Shown here piece by piece: positions 1 through 6,706 of a stretch of 7,567 nucleotides of DNA; position 1 is the stretch's first letter, and each line of letters starts with the position of its first letter. Location: the IMG/VR virus record IMGVR_UViG_2690316028_000015. The stretch is one strand, 5' to 3'. A program made the translations under genes and the position numbers. The notes under the pieces are model-generated. The model ran no database searches and was not told where the DNA came from. It was given only the letters and a program-made list of their open reading frames with translations. Origin of the DNA: a virus. Its lineage: Duplodnaviria; Heunggongvirae; Uroviricota; Caudoviricetes.

Positions 1-19
1 CTATTTGATAAATATTAAA

Positions 20-1315
20 TTAATTTTTCATTGCTTCGTTATGGGGCATGGTTGGGGCAAACTCGCTTAACTGTGTATTTAACAAAGCTACCTGTGCATT
101 ATTGTTTTCAGACATCCATTTTCCGTATACCTGAAATACCATTTGCGCATCTGCATGGCCCATCTGGTTTGCTATAAATGCCGGGTTAGCACCAGCTGTC
201 AGCGACCAGCAGGCATAAGTATGTCTCGACTGATATGATTTTCGATGGCGGAGTCCGGCACGTTTTATCGCTGCGTCCCACATCTGCCTTATTGAGTCAA
301 CGGTAAAATGGTCACCATAATTTTTTACTCTCGCTGACACTTCAGGTTGAAAAACAAAGGTGCATTTTTGTTTTTCTGTTCTGCCATACTCTCTGAGGTG
401 AACATCAATGATATGCTCTTTGCTCAGTCTCGTTAATGTCATCTGGCTCCGGAGAGCGTCGATTGCTGGCTTAATAAGATGAATGACCCGATTGGTTCCC
501 GCCTGTGTTTTTGGTACCGTGAAACGGTCTTTTGCTAAATTTCTCCTGATCATCATTGTTCCATTTTTCAGATCTATGTCCTCCCATCCAAGTGCACACA
601 GCTCACCAGGGCGAACGCCAGTATAAACAGAAACACACCATAAATTTTTTGCTTGCTGATTTCTGCACGCATCGATAAGACGGATAAATTCCTCCCGCGA
701 AAGAGGATCCGGAATGGTTCTTGATTCCTTTAATGGCGAGATCCCCTTAAGCGGATTATCTGGCAGGTAACCGTTATCAACACCAAACTGGAACACGGCG
801 TTAAGATTTGTCATGTAATTATTTACAGTTACAGCCGATCGCCCTGGTTGTGTAACAATATAGTTACTTTTGGGGATCTGGTATCCAGTCAGTAGCTCTT
901 TACGAACCTCCAGTAATTTTTCTTTATTAATCGATGAGGCAAGATTTTTTTCACCGATTATGCTCAGGATATTTTTGATGACGGCACGGTATGTGTTGAG
1001 TGATGTTTTGGCGACTTCAGTTTCTTTCAGTGCCAGAAATTTTTCAGCCAGTTCTTTTATGGTTAAATCTTGTCGGGCCTCACCAAATTTTTCCAGATTG
1101 CGTGAGGAGGGAAACTGTTTTGCATAGTCGAAAACACCAGTTTTTATTGCGTAACAAACAGAGGAGCGTAGTTCACCTGCAACGCGCCTGTTTTTTGCTG
1201 TGTCAGGAACCCCCAGATTTTCCCTGACTCTTACGCCTTTATAAACAAACCAGATACGTAATTTCCCTCCATGGTTTTCCACGCCTGTCGGATATTTCAT
1301 TTCAACTTCTCTCAT
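20..1315 (-). CDS. int: Tyrosine-type site-specific integrase (phage integrase)
   Basis: 431-aa ORF at the prophage edge next to xis. C-terminal catalytic-type motifs are visible (TGVRPGEL, SRHTYA, GH...VYGKW with the candidate Tyr). The second ATG at 1298-1300 (MKYPTG...) has a purine-rich GAGAGAAG upstream and may be the real start. Confidence 0.9.
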   Translation of the reverse strand: MREVEMKYPTGVENHGGKLRIWFVYKGVRVRENLGVPDTAKNRRVAGELRSSVCYAIKTGVFDYAKQFPSSRNLEKFGEARQDLTIKELAEKFLALKETEVAKTSLNTYRAVIKNILSIIGEKNLASSINKEKLLEVRKELLTGYQIPKSNYIVTQPGRSAVTVNNYMTNLNAVFQFGVDNGYLPDNPLKGISPLKESRTIPDPLSREEFIRLIDACRNQQAKNLWCVSVYTGVRPGELCALGWEDIDLKNGTMMIRRNLAKDRFTVPKTQAGTNRVIHLIKPAIDALRSQMTLTRLSKEHIIDVHLREYGRTEKQKCTFVFQPEVSARVKNYGDHFTVDSIRQMWDAAIKRAGLRHRKSYQSRHTYACWSLTAGANPAFIANQMGHADAQMVFQVYGKWMSENNNAQVALLNTQLSEFAPTMPHNEAMKN

Positions 1316-1334
1316 TAGTTAGTGTGGCTTTTAG

Positions 1335-1586
1335 TCAAGTAAGATGACGTCTTGGTCTCGCTGATGCCTGGCGCTCAATCCAGCGATCAATTTCTTCCAG
1401 GTTGTAAAAGCATGGACTGTTATCCCATGGCATACCGTCATGAGCGACATGCTTATATTCCCTTCCTTCCATAAACGATTTTTCCCGGGCCTTTTTTAAC
1501 GTACCTTTTTTTATTCCTTTCAGCGCAATTAACTGCTCTTCGGATACCCATTTGCCGGGAGAGACAATCATGATTACTTCGCTCAT
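1335..1586 (-). CDS. xis: Excisionase-like protein (Xis / recombination directionality factor)
   Basis: 83-aa ORF immediately upstream of int on the same strand. It contains a GREY motif, which lambda Xis also has as I recall it. The position is canonical for xis. Confidence 0.7.
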   Translation of the reverse strand: MSEVIMIVSPGKWVSEEQLIALKGIKKGTLKKAREKSFMEGREYKHVAHDGMPWDNSPCFYNLEEIDRWIERQASARPRRHLT

Positions 1587-1658
1587 CGATTTCTTTATCT
1601 CTTACATCAGACGAGCGCCGGTTGCAGAATACCAGTCACAACCGGCGACAGTTGAACA

Positions 1659-4130
1659 TTAAGAATCAGCCTGACTCGGGATCAGTTTTTGCCAGATAAC
1701 TGAAACGTATTTTGCCTGGTAACGGGCGTCATCAAGTGCATTATGGCGCTCACCTTCGAATGGAATAGCCGTTCTGGCATCGAAGTCTATGGCTTTCCCC
1801 AGCTCAACGATTGTGCGTACATCGCGATCGTTGTAGTAACGCCACGGGCAGGGGATCCCCTGCCGTTCGTATGAACGGCGCAAAATCGTGTTGTCGAAGT
1901 TGGCTCCATTTCCCCAAACCTGAACAAAAAATTCACCGGAGTTTTCGTCGATAAATTCCCGCAATTGTAACAGTGCATCATCTAACGGGATTTCATCGGT
2001 CATAATGGCAGATTGCGCTTCGCGTGATTGCTTAAGCCACCATTTAATGGTGTTCCGATCAATGACTCCGCCAGCAGTTTCCAGATCGATAGTCTTACTA
2101 AATTCCGGTCCCATATCTCCGGTTTGCGGATCGAAAAATATTGCACCTATTGAGATGATCGGGGCATCAGGATTTTTTCCCATGGTTTCAAGGTCGATCA
2201 TTAGATGGTCACACGTCCTGCTGGTGGATGTGATTTCGTGATGACCGTTCACCTTAATTGAGTGATCTGCCGTCTCGCCAGTTTCATTATCGCTATTGTG
2301 ATGCTGATTGCCGCCAGTGTTCTCCTTGTGTGGATGTTCAGCGCCTTCCATTTCCTCCGGATCATCTTCCTGAACTTCAACCTGATATTCTTCATCGAAT
2401 GTTTCTTGATATGTTGCGTCGCCCATCACCGCGCCACAATCAGGGCAGTTGCCGCCGCCGGTCTGACCGCAGGCGGTGCAGACTTTTTCCACTTCCTGTT
2501 GCGCCACTGGTTCAGGCTGTTTCGTTTCTGGCTCGTTTTGTAACGCATTTGTGCTGTTTTGTTCCGCTTTTTGGTAGTTCCGTTCCGATTCATGCTGGTT
2601 CTGGTTCACAGAATCGCGGGTCTGGATCCCCTTAACCCATTTCGGATCATTCGGGTCACTAATCCCTTCAACAAATTCACCACGTGATGCAGCAAGCAAC
2701 TTATCGGCGTCAGGCTGGCTGATATTGGCTGCCTGCATAATTTTGTTTACTTCGTCAGCGGTAACTTTTATCGGCTCTGGTTGTTCTGAATCTTCAGCGG
2801 TATCTACATTTTGCGGTAAGCCCGTGTATGTGCCATTTTTTCGGGCAAAATATTCTTCTTTTGTGATTTCAGTGGCGCCAGCAGCCAGTGCCTTATCCAG
2901 ACCAGAAAGTTTGTTTGCGCGACCGTATTTTTCTCCGTCCTTATCTGCGAAGAGGAAATAGAACGGCCCCTCACGCTCTACAGATGGTTCAGCTTCCGGC
3001 GCGGTTTCATTTTTTGGGATATCAGATACCTCAGTTTCCACTGCATCAGTTTGTGTTTCTGATGACTGGAGAACATCAACAGTGCCCAGGTCTGTTTCTT
3101 CATTCTCAAACACGCCCTTTGTCGTCAGGTATTCGCAGATATATTTGTTCAGTGCTATGGGATCTTTGTGAATGTCGATCGGACGCTCACGGACAAGGCC
3201 AAAAATAGTCTGGCGGTCGTAGCGAAGGGCATCAGGCTGTTTGCGCATTGATGCCGAGATACGCTTCCAGTCTTCGCGGTCGTTGTCGATAACTTCTTTT
3301 TTTGCCCAGCGATGGATGCTGCCGTCAATGTTTCCGGCATCCACATCACTAGGCCAGAGAGCGTAGGCCAGTTCGTCATCCAGTGTTTTCCATGTCTGCT
3401 TGTATTCGCGATGAATGGCAGCAATGACCGGGCTGATTTTTCCTGTTGAATTTTCAGTGTACTGTTGATTGGCTCTGGCGCGGGCGAGATCAACAACAGA
3501 CGTGTATTTTCCGGTTTCCTTGCGTTCACCTTCGCGACGTTTTTTCCAGATGCGCATCTCTGCCTGAATTTCGGGCCATTTAGCACCAGGAATACATTTA
3601 TGCTTAACCCACCCAATGGCGTGCAACTTAAGCTCCGGATACATGGCGTTAACTTCTGGCATTTTCATCAACGCTTCAACGATATGTCCGTCGAATGTTG
3701 CCATGTCTTCCTGCAACAATTCCTGTGCGCTAATAACCATATCAACGGTGATGTTTTCACATGTGTCGAACTTAACCATGACAGCGTTCTGTACTTCAGG
3801 GGCCAGCTTGTCAAAAGTGACGTTCATCGGATCGGATTCAGTCTCAACCGGGACAAAAGAAGCAGACTCCTCATCCCAGCGGTTTTCCTGCATATATTCA
3901 GCATCCCATGAATCGAGGGCAGGGCGGGGTATGCCAGGTTTATCCTCGCAGACAATAAATTTATAAGCGCAGTCCTGAGCAGCCGGATAATGTTCCAGGA
4001 ACTGCCAGTGAAATTTTGCTCGAGCACGGCGTTCGTCGCCAGCTTCAATGGCTGTGGCTACAGCCACAGCGCCTTCTTCCCTTGTTGCCAGTTCGTCAGG
4101 AATAGCGGCGCAAATAAAGACTTTACTCAT
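1659..4130 (-). CDS. ydfE: Large prophage exonuclease: N-terminal region of unknown function, Cys4 zinc ribbon, acidic linker, C-terminal DEDDh (DnaQ/RNase T-like) 3'-5' exonuclease domain; counterpart of the K-12 ydfE pseudogene
   Basis: 823-aa ORF with GAGG 10 nt upstream of the ATG at 4128-4130. C-terminal motifs MIDLET (nt 2184-2201), VWGNGANFDNT and HNALDD (nt 1728-1745) are read directly. CTACGQTGGGNCPDCG lies at nt 2436-2480. Confidence 0.85.
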   Translation of the reverse strand: MSKVFICAAIPDELATREEGAVAVATAIEAGDERRARAKFHWQFLEHYPAAQDCAYKFIVCEDKPGIPRPALDSWDAEYMQENRWDEESASFVPVETESDPMNVTFDKLAPEVQNAVMVKFDTCENITVDMVISAQELLQEDMATFDGHIVEALMKMPEVNAMYPELKLHAIGWVKHKCIPGAKWPEIQAEMRIWKKRREGERKETGKYTSVVDLARARANQQYTENSTGKISPVIAAIHREYKQTWKTLDDELAYALWPSDVDAGNIDGSIHRWAKKEVIDNDREDWKRISASMRKQPDALRYDRQTIFGLVRERPIDIHKDPIALNKYICEYLTTKGVFENEETDLGTVDVLQSSETQTDAVETEVSDIPKNETAPEAEPSVEREGPFYFLFADKDGEKYGRANKLSGLDKALAAGATEITKEEYFARKNGTYTGLPQNVDTAEDSEQPEPIKVTADEVNKIMQAANISQPDADKLLAASRGEFVEGISDPNDPKWVKGIQTRDSVNQNQHESERNYQKAEQNSTNALQNEPETKQPEPVAQQEVEKVCTACGQTGGGNCPDCGAVMGDATYQETFDEEYQVEVQEDDPEEMEGAEHPHKENTGGNQHHNSDNETGETADHSIKVNGHHEITSTSRTCDHLMIDLETMGKNPDAPIISIGAIFFDPQTGDMGPEFSKTIDLETAGGVIDRNTIKWWLKQSREAQSAIMTDEIPLDDALLQLREFIDENSGEFFVQVWGNGANFDNTILRRSYERQGIPCPWRYYNDRDVRTIVELGKAIDFDARTAIPFEGERHNALDDARYQAKYVSVIWQKLIPSQADS
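1662..2213 (-). other. DEDDh exonuclease domain within the 823-aa protein (about residues 640-823)
   Basis: The three exonuclease motifs occur in the expected order and spacing: D-x-E in MIDLET, Asp in NFDNT, H-x4-D in HNALDD. Confidence 0.7.
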
Positions 4131-4223
4131 TTTGTTTTAACCTCATGACAGATTTAAGGATGAACAAATCCCTGCCATTGCTGGCATATAAGAATGAAAC
4201 CGGATATTTATTACGGAACTGTT

Positions 4224-4415
4224 TTAAAGACCTGCCGGGATTTCGATATTATCCTGGTGAATAACTTTATCGACCGGGTAACAGTTACCGGGAATTTTCT
4301 GTTCGGTTGCTGCAGTCATACACTCCTGCATTGTCCTGTGAACACTGACTGCAATATCAACTGGCTCTCCGGAAACAAGAAAAACTGTCAGAACAAGCGC
4401 AAATGCTGAATTCAT
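4224..4415 (-). CDS. ydfD: Small hydrophobic-N-terminus protein YdfD (reported as a lysis-inducing protein of Qin)
   Basis: 63-aa product MNSAFALVLTVFLVSGEPVD... from the internal ATG at 4413-4415. AAGGA lies 8 nt upstream and the ATG overlaps the dicB stop as ATGA. The longer 81-aa ORF call is rejected because its extra N-terminus is the dicB 3' end in another frame. Confidence 0.8.
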   Translation of the reverse strand: MNSAFALVLTVFLVSGEPVDIAVSVHRTMQECMTAATEQKIPGNCYPVDKVIHQDNIEIPAGL

Positions 4416-4600
4416 TGTGCACATCCTTTTGGCATCAGACGTAAACGAGCCAGCATTGAAACAATGCATATTTTATTTAATAGCTCCCGTTCTTGTTTTC
4501 TCTTGTTAATGGCATCTTCAGTAAATACAGGGTTACTGATAGTGACACCAATTTCAAAACAACCTTCAGACGTATTAACGTTTGGTAATAACGTTTTCAT
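4412..4600 (-). CDS. dicB: Cell division inhibitor DicB (small protein, MinC-dependent division block)
   Basis: 62-aa product MKTLLPNVNTSEGCFEIGV...MPKGCAQ from the ATG at 4598-4600, with GAGGA 7 nt upstream. The sequence matches my memory of K-12 DicB. The 97-aa ORF call has no RBS at its start. Confidence 0.85.
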   Translation of the reverse strand: MKTLLPNVNTSEGCFEIGVTISNPVFTEDAINKRKQERELLNKICIVSMLARLRLMPKGCAQ

Positions 4601-4769
4601 TATCGCGTCCTCAACAATGAATTTTGTGATGCAGTGCCTGGTGCCTCCAGGTGACGTTAACCAGTTAACAATTAACGCCGGATACAGAGAATCCACCCAT
4701 AACACTGTTTTTGGTTTTAACTGTTCCGCGTGCGCTTAGCCGCATTCACCGCATCACAAAATTCACTTT

Positions 4770-4827
4770 AAAAACGGCGGCAGAGCAGTCACGGAGTAAA
4801 ACTGATACCGCCAAACGTCACCAGAAA
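4770..4827 (-). ncRNA. dicF: DicF small regulatory RNA (Hfq-dependent, targets ftsZ and other mRNAs), including its 3' stem and U-tail
   Basis: The reverse complement of 4770-4827 reads TTTCTGGTGACGTTTGGCGGTATCAGTTTTACTCCGTGACTGCTCTGCCGCCGTTTTT. This matches the DicF sequence as I recall it, ends in a GC-rich stem plus T-run, and lies about 170 nt upstream of dicB. Confidence 0.75.
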
Positions 4828-5102
4828 ATTGATAACAGAGGGCGTTGCAGCGGGGTTGTCACTTAAGCGTATGGTCAACCTGACAACTCGGTGTCCTCAA
4901 CGGGGAAGGAATAACCCCGCCATACTTACCGCCGCGCCATTTCGCGGGTTGCCACAACCGGAAGCGCACGGTCGAATTAAATTTAACGACACCGTACAGT
5001 GAGACGAACTTCGCCGTGCGCTTTCGTGTTGTGTGCCTGCTTTTAACCACGTCAGGCGAGGTGGTATCCTTCTTATTCCGAATAACCAAGAAGGAAATCT
5101 AT

Positions 5103-5303
5103 ATGACTAAAGAAGAATTTGTCTCTTATATTTTTGATAAAACGGTTGAAATGTATGCCGCTACTTACGGGTCCTGTAATCCTCTGAATAAACCAGAGGG
5201 GAAAGATGATTTCGACAAAATTTACCGCTTCTTGGAGGACCGCTATATCAAAAGGTTAGAGGACGCAGGGATCAAATCCCCAGTGAAGTCACCATTGTCC
5301 TGA
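5103..5303 (+). CDS. Hypothetical small acidic protein (66 aa), antisense to the dicB operon; candidate moron
   Basis: ATG at 5103 with AAGGA 7 nt upstream. The product is a balanced charged sequence (MTKEEFVSYIFDKTVEMYAATYGS...), and the ORF is noticeably more AT-rich than the GC-rich region to its left. Its 3' end overlaps the convergent 5272-5637 ORF by 32 nt. Confidence 0.4.
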   Translation: MTKEEFVSYIFDKTVEMYAATYGSCNPLNKPEGKDDFDKIYRFLEDRYIKRLEDAGIKSPVKSPLS

Positions 5304-5637
5304 GAACTTGCAGGACGTCATGATCGTAACTTCCATCCAAACCGCGACGGCAAATTGCTTCTCGTATTACCGGAAGCAGTTCGCTGGAAATCTCGGTGCA
5401 TATTTCACCTGCTAATACGCCTGGCTCAAGTGAGAATATTGGTGAACTTACGGTCTTGGTCTCTACAGTTTCAGAGTCAGTGCCAACATTATAAAGCTCA
5501 ACGAAAGCGGTCTTGATTTTCCGGGCCAGATCTTTTGCTGGCTCGCTTGCAATATCTTTCCCGATTTCTCGCAGCACAGAATGCAATGTATGAGCTGCTG
5601 TTTTCTGTACATCAGACGGTAAATCTTTAAATTCCAT
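5272..5637 (-). CDS. Hypothetical acidic protein (121 aa) in the ydfB/ydfC position
   Basis: ATG at 5635-5637 is preceded by GAGG at 6 nt. An upstream in-frame ATG at 5647-5649 overlaps the ydfA stop as TGATG, so the start is ambiguous (121 or 125 aa). No recognisable motif. Confidence 0.6.
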   Translation of the reverse strand: MEFKDLPSDVQKTAAHTLHSVLREIGKDIASEPAKDLARKIKTAFVELYNVGTDSETVETKTVSSPIFSLEPGVLAGEICTEISSELLPVIREAICRRGLDGSYDHDVLQVLRTMVTSLGI

Positions 5638-5648
5638 CGTCAGCCTCA

Positions 5649-5801
5649 TCAGTCAGTGTTTCTGGCTAACCAGCAACGCGCGCCAGATTCGGTTTTAAAC
5701 GTTTTGCTTTTGGTATATGTCATCGCGGTGAACGTACCGTCCTGGTTGGGGAACACGCCACATACCAGAGATTCGCTGTTGCCAAGATCGATAGTATCCA
5801 T
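5649..5801 (-). CDS. ydfA: Small protein YdfA-like (50 aa), first gene of the leftward operon
   Basis: Internal ATG at 5799-5801 with GAGG 6 nt upstream. The 102-aa extension would begin upstream of the operator/promoter and is rejected. The product MDTIDLGNSESLVCGVFPNQDGTFTAMTYTK... has the size and position of K-12 YdfA. Confidence 0.65.
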   Translation of the reverse strand: MDTIDLGNSESLVCGVFPNQDGTFTAMTYTKSKTFKTESGARCWLARNTD

Positions 5802-5877
5802 GCTGACCTCATTTCCCCTTAACGCCGGGGTAGCGGAACTGTTTGCTGAGAACACCGTGCGGTGTGTTGATGGAGGT

Positions 5878-5930
5878 AATTTAGTTTTCTCATTATTTTT
5901 CGTCAAGGTTTTTTGATGAGAAAACTCAAG
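5878..5930 (-). promoter_or_regulatory. Leftward early promoter with two operator copies (OL/PL-like, PdicB equivalent)
   Basis: On the minus strand: -35 TTGACG (plus coordinates 5901-5906), 17-nt spacer, -10 TAAATT (5878-5883). Operator TGAGAAAACTCA at 5917-5928 and a one-mismatch copy TTAGTTTTCTCA at 5881-5892 overlap the -10/spacer. Confidence 0.55.
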
Positions 5931-5993
5931 TATTGGCGCAAGATAAAGCCAATACATTGAAATGTAAGGCTTTAAAATTTTGTGAAGGGATGA

Positions 5994-6401
5994 TTATTGA
6001 TGCTTGTTGCGTTTGCGAGCCTCTAATAGCTCGGTGAACAGGCGATTAAAATTCTCAACGCGGGCGCGGAGTTCGCTGAGTTGTGCTTGTTGCTCTGATT
6101 TAGGAAGTGCGCGATACAAACGCAGCATCTCTAACTCATCTTCCGATAAGTCTAAGGCACTATCGAGTGAAACAGGGGGAGCTGGTGTTTTGTCCTCGTC
6201 GCCAAACAGTATCCAGGTTGGTGAACATTGCAATACCTCGGCGAGGCGATGCAAATTTTGCCCACGCGGGGCTGTATGGTCACTTTCCCATAATGAAATT
6301 GATGAGCCAGATACGCCAGCAGCTTTGCTTAAACCGTTTTGACTTAAGCCTACCTGCTTACGTCTTTCTCTAATGCGTTGACCTAAAGTTTTCTCGTTCA
6401 T
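5994..6401 (-). CDS. dicA: DicA-family HTH (XRE/cI-like) repressor of the leftward operon
   Basis: 135-aa product from the ATG at 6399-6401, with an N-terminal HTH (LGQRIRERRKQVGLSQNGLSKAAGVSGSSISLWE) and the segment SPTWILFGDEDK that I recall from K-12 DicA. It lies between the two operator clusters. The 152-aa call adds 17 residues that run into the operator region. Confidence 0.85.
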   Translation of the reverse strand: MNEKTLGQRIRERRKQVGLSQNGLSKAAGVSGSSISLWESDHTAPRGQNLHRLAEVLQCSPTWILFGDEDKTPAPPVSLDSALDLSEDELEMLRLYRALPKSEQQAQLSELRARVENFNRLFTELLEARKRNKHQ

Positions 6402-6478
6402 ATTTAGATATCTTAATAACCCTTGACTTGAGATTCCTTGAGTGATTAGCATTGAGAAAACTCAATATTGGAGGTGCG
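6402..6478. promoter_or_regulatory. Divergent promoter/operator region between the repressor and the cro-like gene (OR-like)
   Basis: Perfect 14-bp palindrome TTGAGAAAACTCAA at 6452-6465 plus TTGAG-containing repeats at 6428 and 6438. Candidate rightward -35 TTGACT at 6423-6428, and GGAGGTG RBS at 6470-6476 for dicC. Confidence 0.55.
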
Positions 6479-6706
6479 ATGTTTAAATCAGACGTAATTA
6501 ATTTTTACGGTACGAAAGCCAAAGTAGCGAAAGCTGCTGGCGTTGACCCATCTGCTGTTTCTCAATGGCAAGAGCTGGTTCCTGAAGGTCGCGCGATGCG
6601 TCTACAGGAGGCATCTGGCGGCGAGCTTCTGTATGATCCCAAGGTTTATGACGAATATCGTAAGACGAAGCGGGCGGGGCGGTTGAACAATGAAAATCAC
6701 TCCTGA
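6479..6706 (+). CDS. dicC: Cro-like small HTH regulator (DicC/YdaS-type)
   Basis: 75-aa product from the ATG at 6479, with a strong GGAGGTG RBS. It is transcribed divergently from the repressor. The TTG start at 6452 in the ORF track lies inside the operator palindrome and is rejected. Confidence 0.8.
   Translation: MFKSDVINFYGTKAKVAKAAGVDPSAVSQWQELVPEGRAMRLQEASGGELLYDPKVYDEYRKTKRAGRLNNENHS

Noticed and set aside
870-1227. Plus-strand ORFs of 85 and 75 aa inside the integrase gene
   Set aside because: They lie wholly antisense within a well-supported CDS, have no RBS and have low-complexity composition; shadow ORFs.
2220-2227. Chi octamer GCTGGTGG on the plus strand
   Set aside because: A single 8-mer is expected by chance at this frequency in enterobacterial DNA; no cluster or orientation bias can be assessed in one window.
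1787-3966. Several 64-153-aa ORFs on both strands overlapping the exonuclease gene
   Set aside because: All are embedded in the 823-aa reading frame, which has clear motifs and an RBS. Their Ser/Cys/Arg-rich products are typical of out-of-frame translation of a coding region.
1587-4130. A RecT/Bet-type annealase paired with the exonuclease
   Set aside because: The 72-nt gap between xis and the exonuclease and the 93-nt gap between the exonuclease and ydfD leave no room, and no such ORF exists on either strand.
4224-4705. Longer ORF-track versions of ydfD (81 aa) and dicB (97 aa)
   Set aside because: The upstream extensions lack an RBS, while internal ATGs with well-spaced AAGGA/GAGGA give the 63-aa and 62-aa products of the known proteins; the ydfD extension is the dicB 3' end read in another frame.
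4194-4739. Plus-strand ORFs 4194-4409 and 4464-4739 antisense to ydfD and dicB
   Set aside because: They overlap the recognised small genes on the opposite strand, lack an RBS, and are Cys/Asn-rich and low-complexity.
4965-4995. tRNA-like fragment (GGTCGAATT resembling a T-loop)
   Set aside because: No acceptor stem or anticodon arm or full cloverleaf can be drawn; it is an imperfect hairpin only.
4859-5089. Minus-strand 76-aa ORF in the GC-rich region
   Set aside because: TTG start without an RBS, a highly basic and unbalanced product, and it lies within the hairpin-dense leader; more likely structured RNA than coding.
5649-5957. 102-aa extended form of ydfA and the overlapping 86-aa plus-strand ORF at 5656-5916
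   Set aside because: The extension begins upstream of the operator/promoter that should drive the operon; the internal ATG at 5801 has a GAGG RBS. The plus-strand ORF is antisense with no start signals.
6004-6373. Plus-strand ORFs of 112 and 88 aa inside the repressor gene
   Set aside because: Antisense to a well-supported HTH repressor CDS; no RBS.
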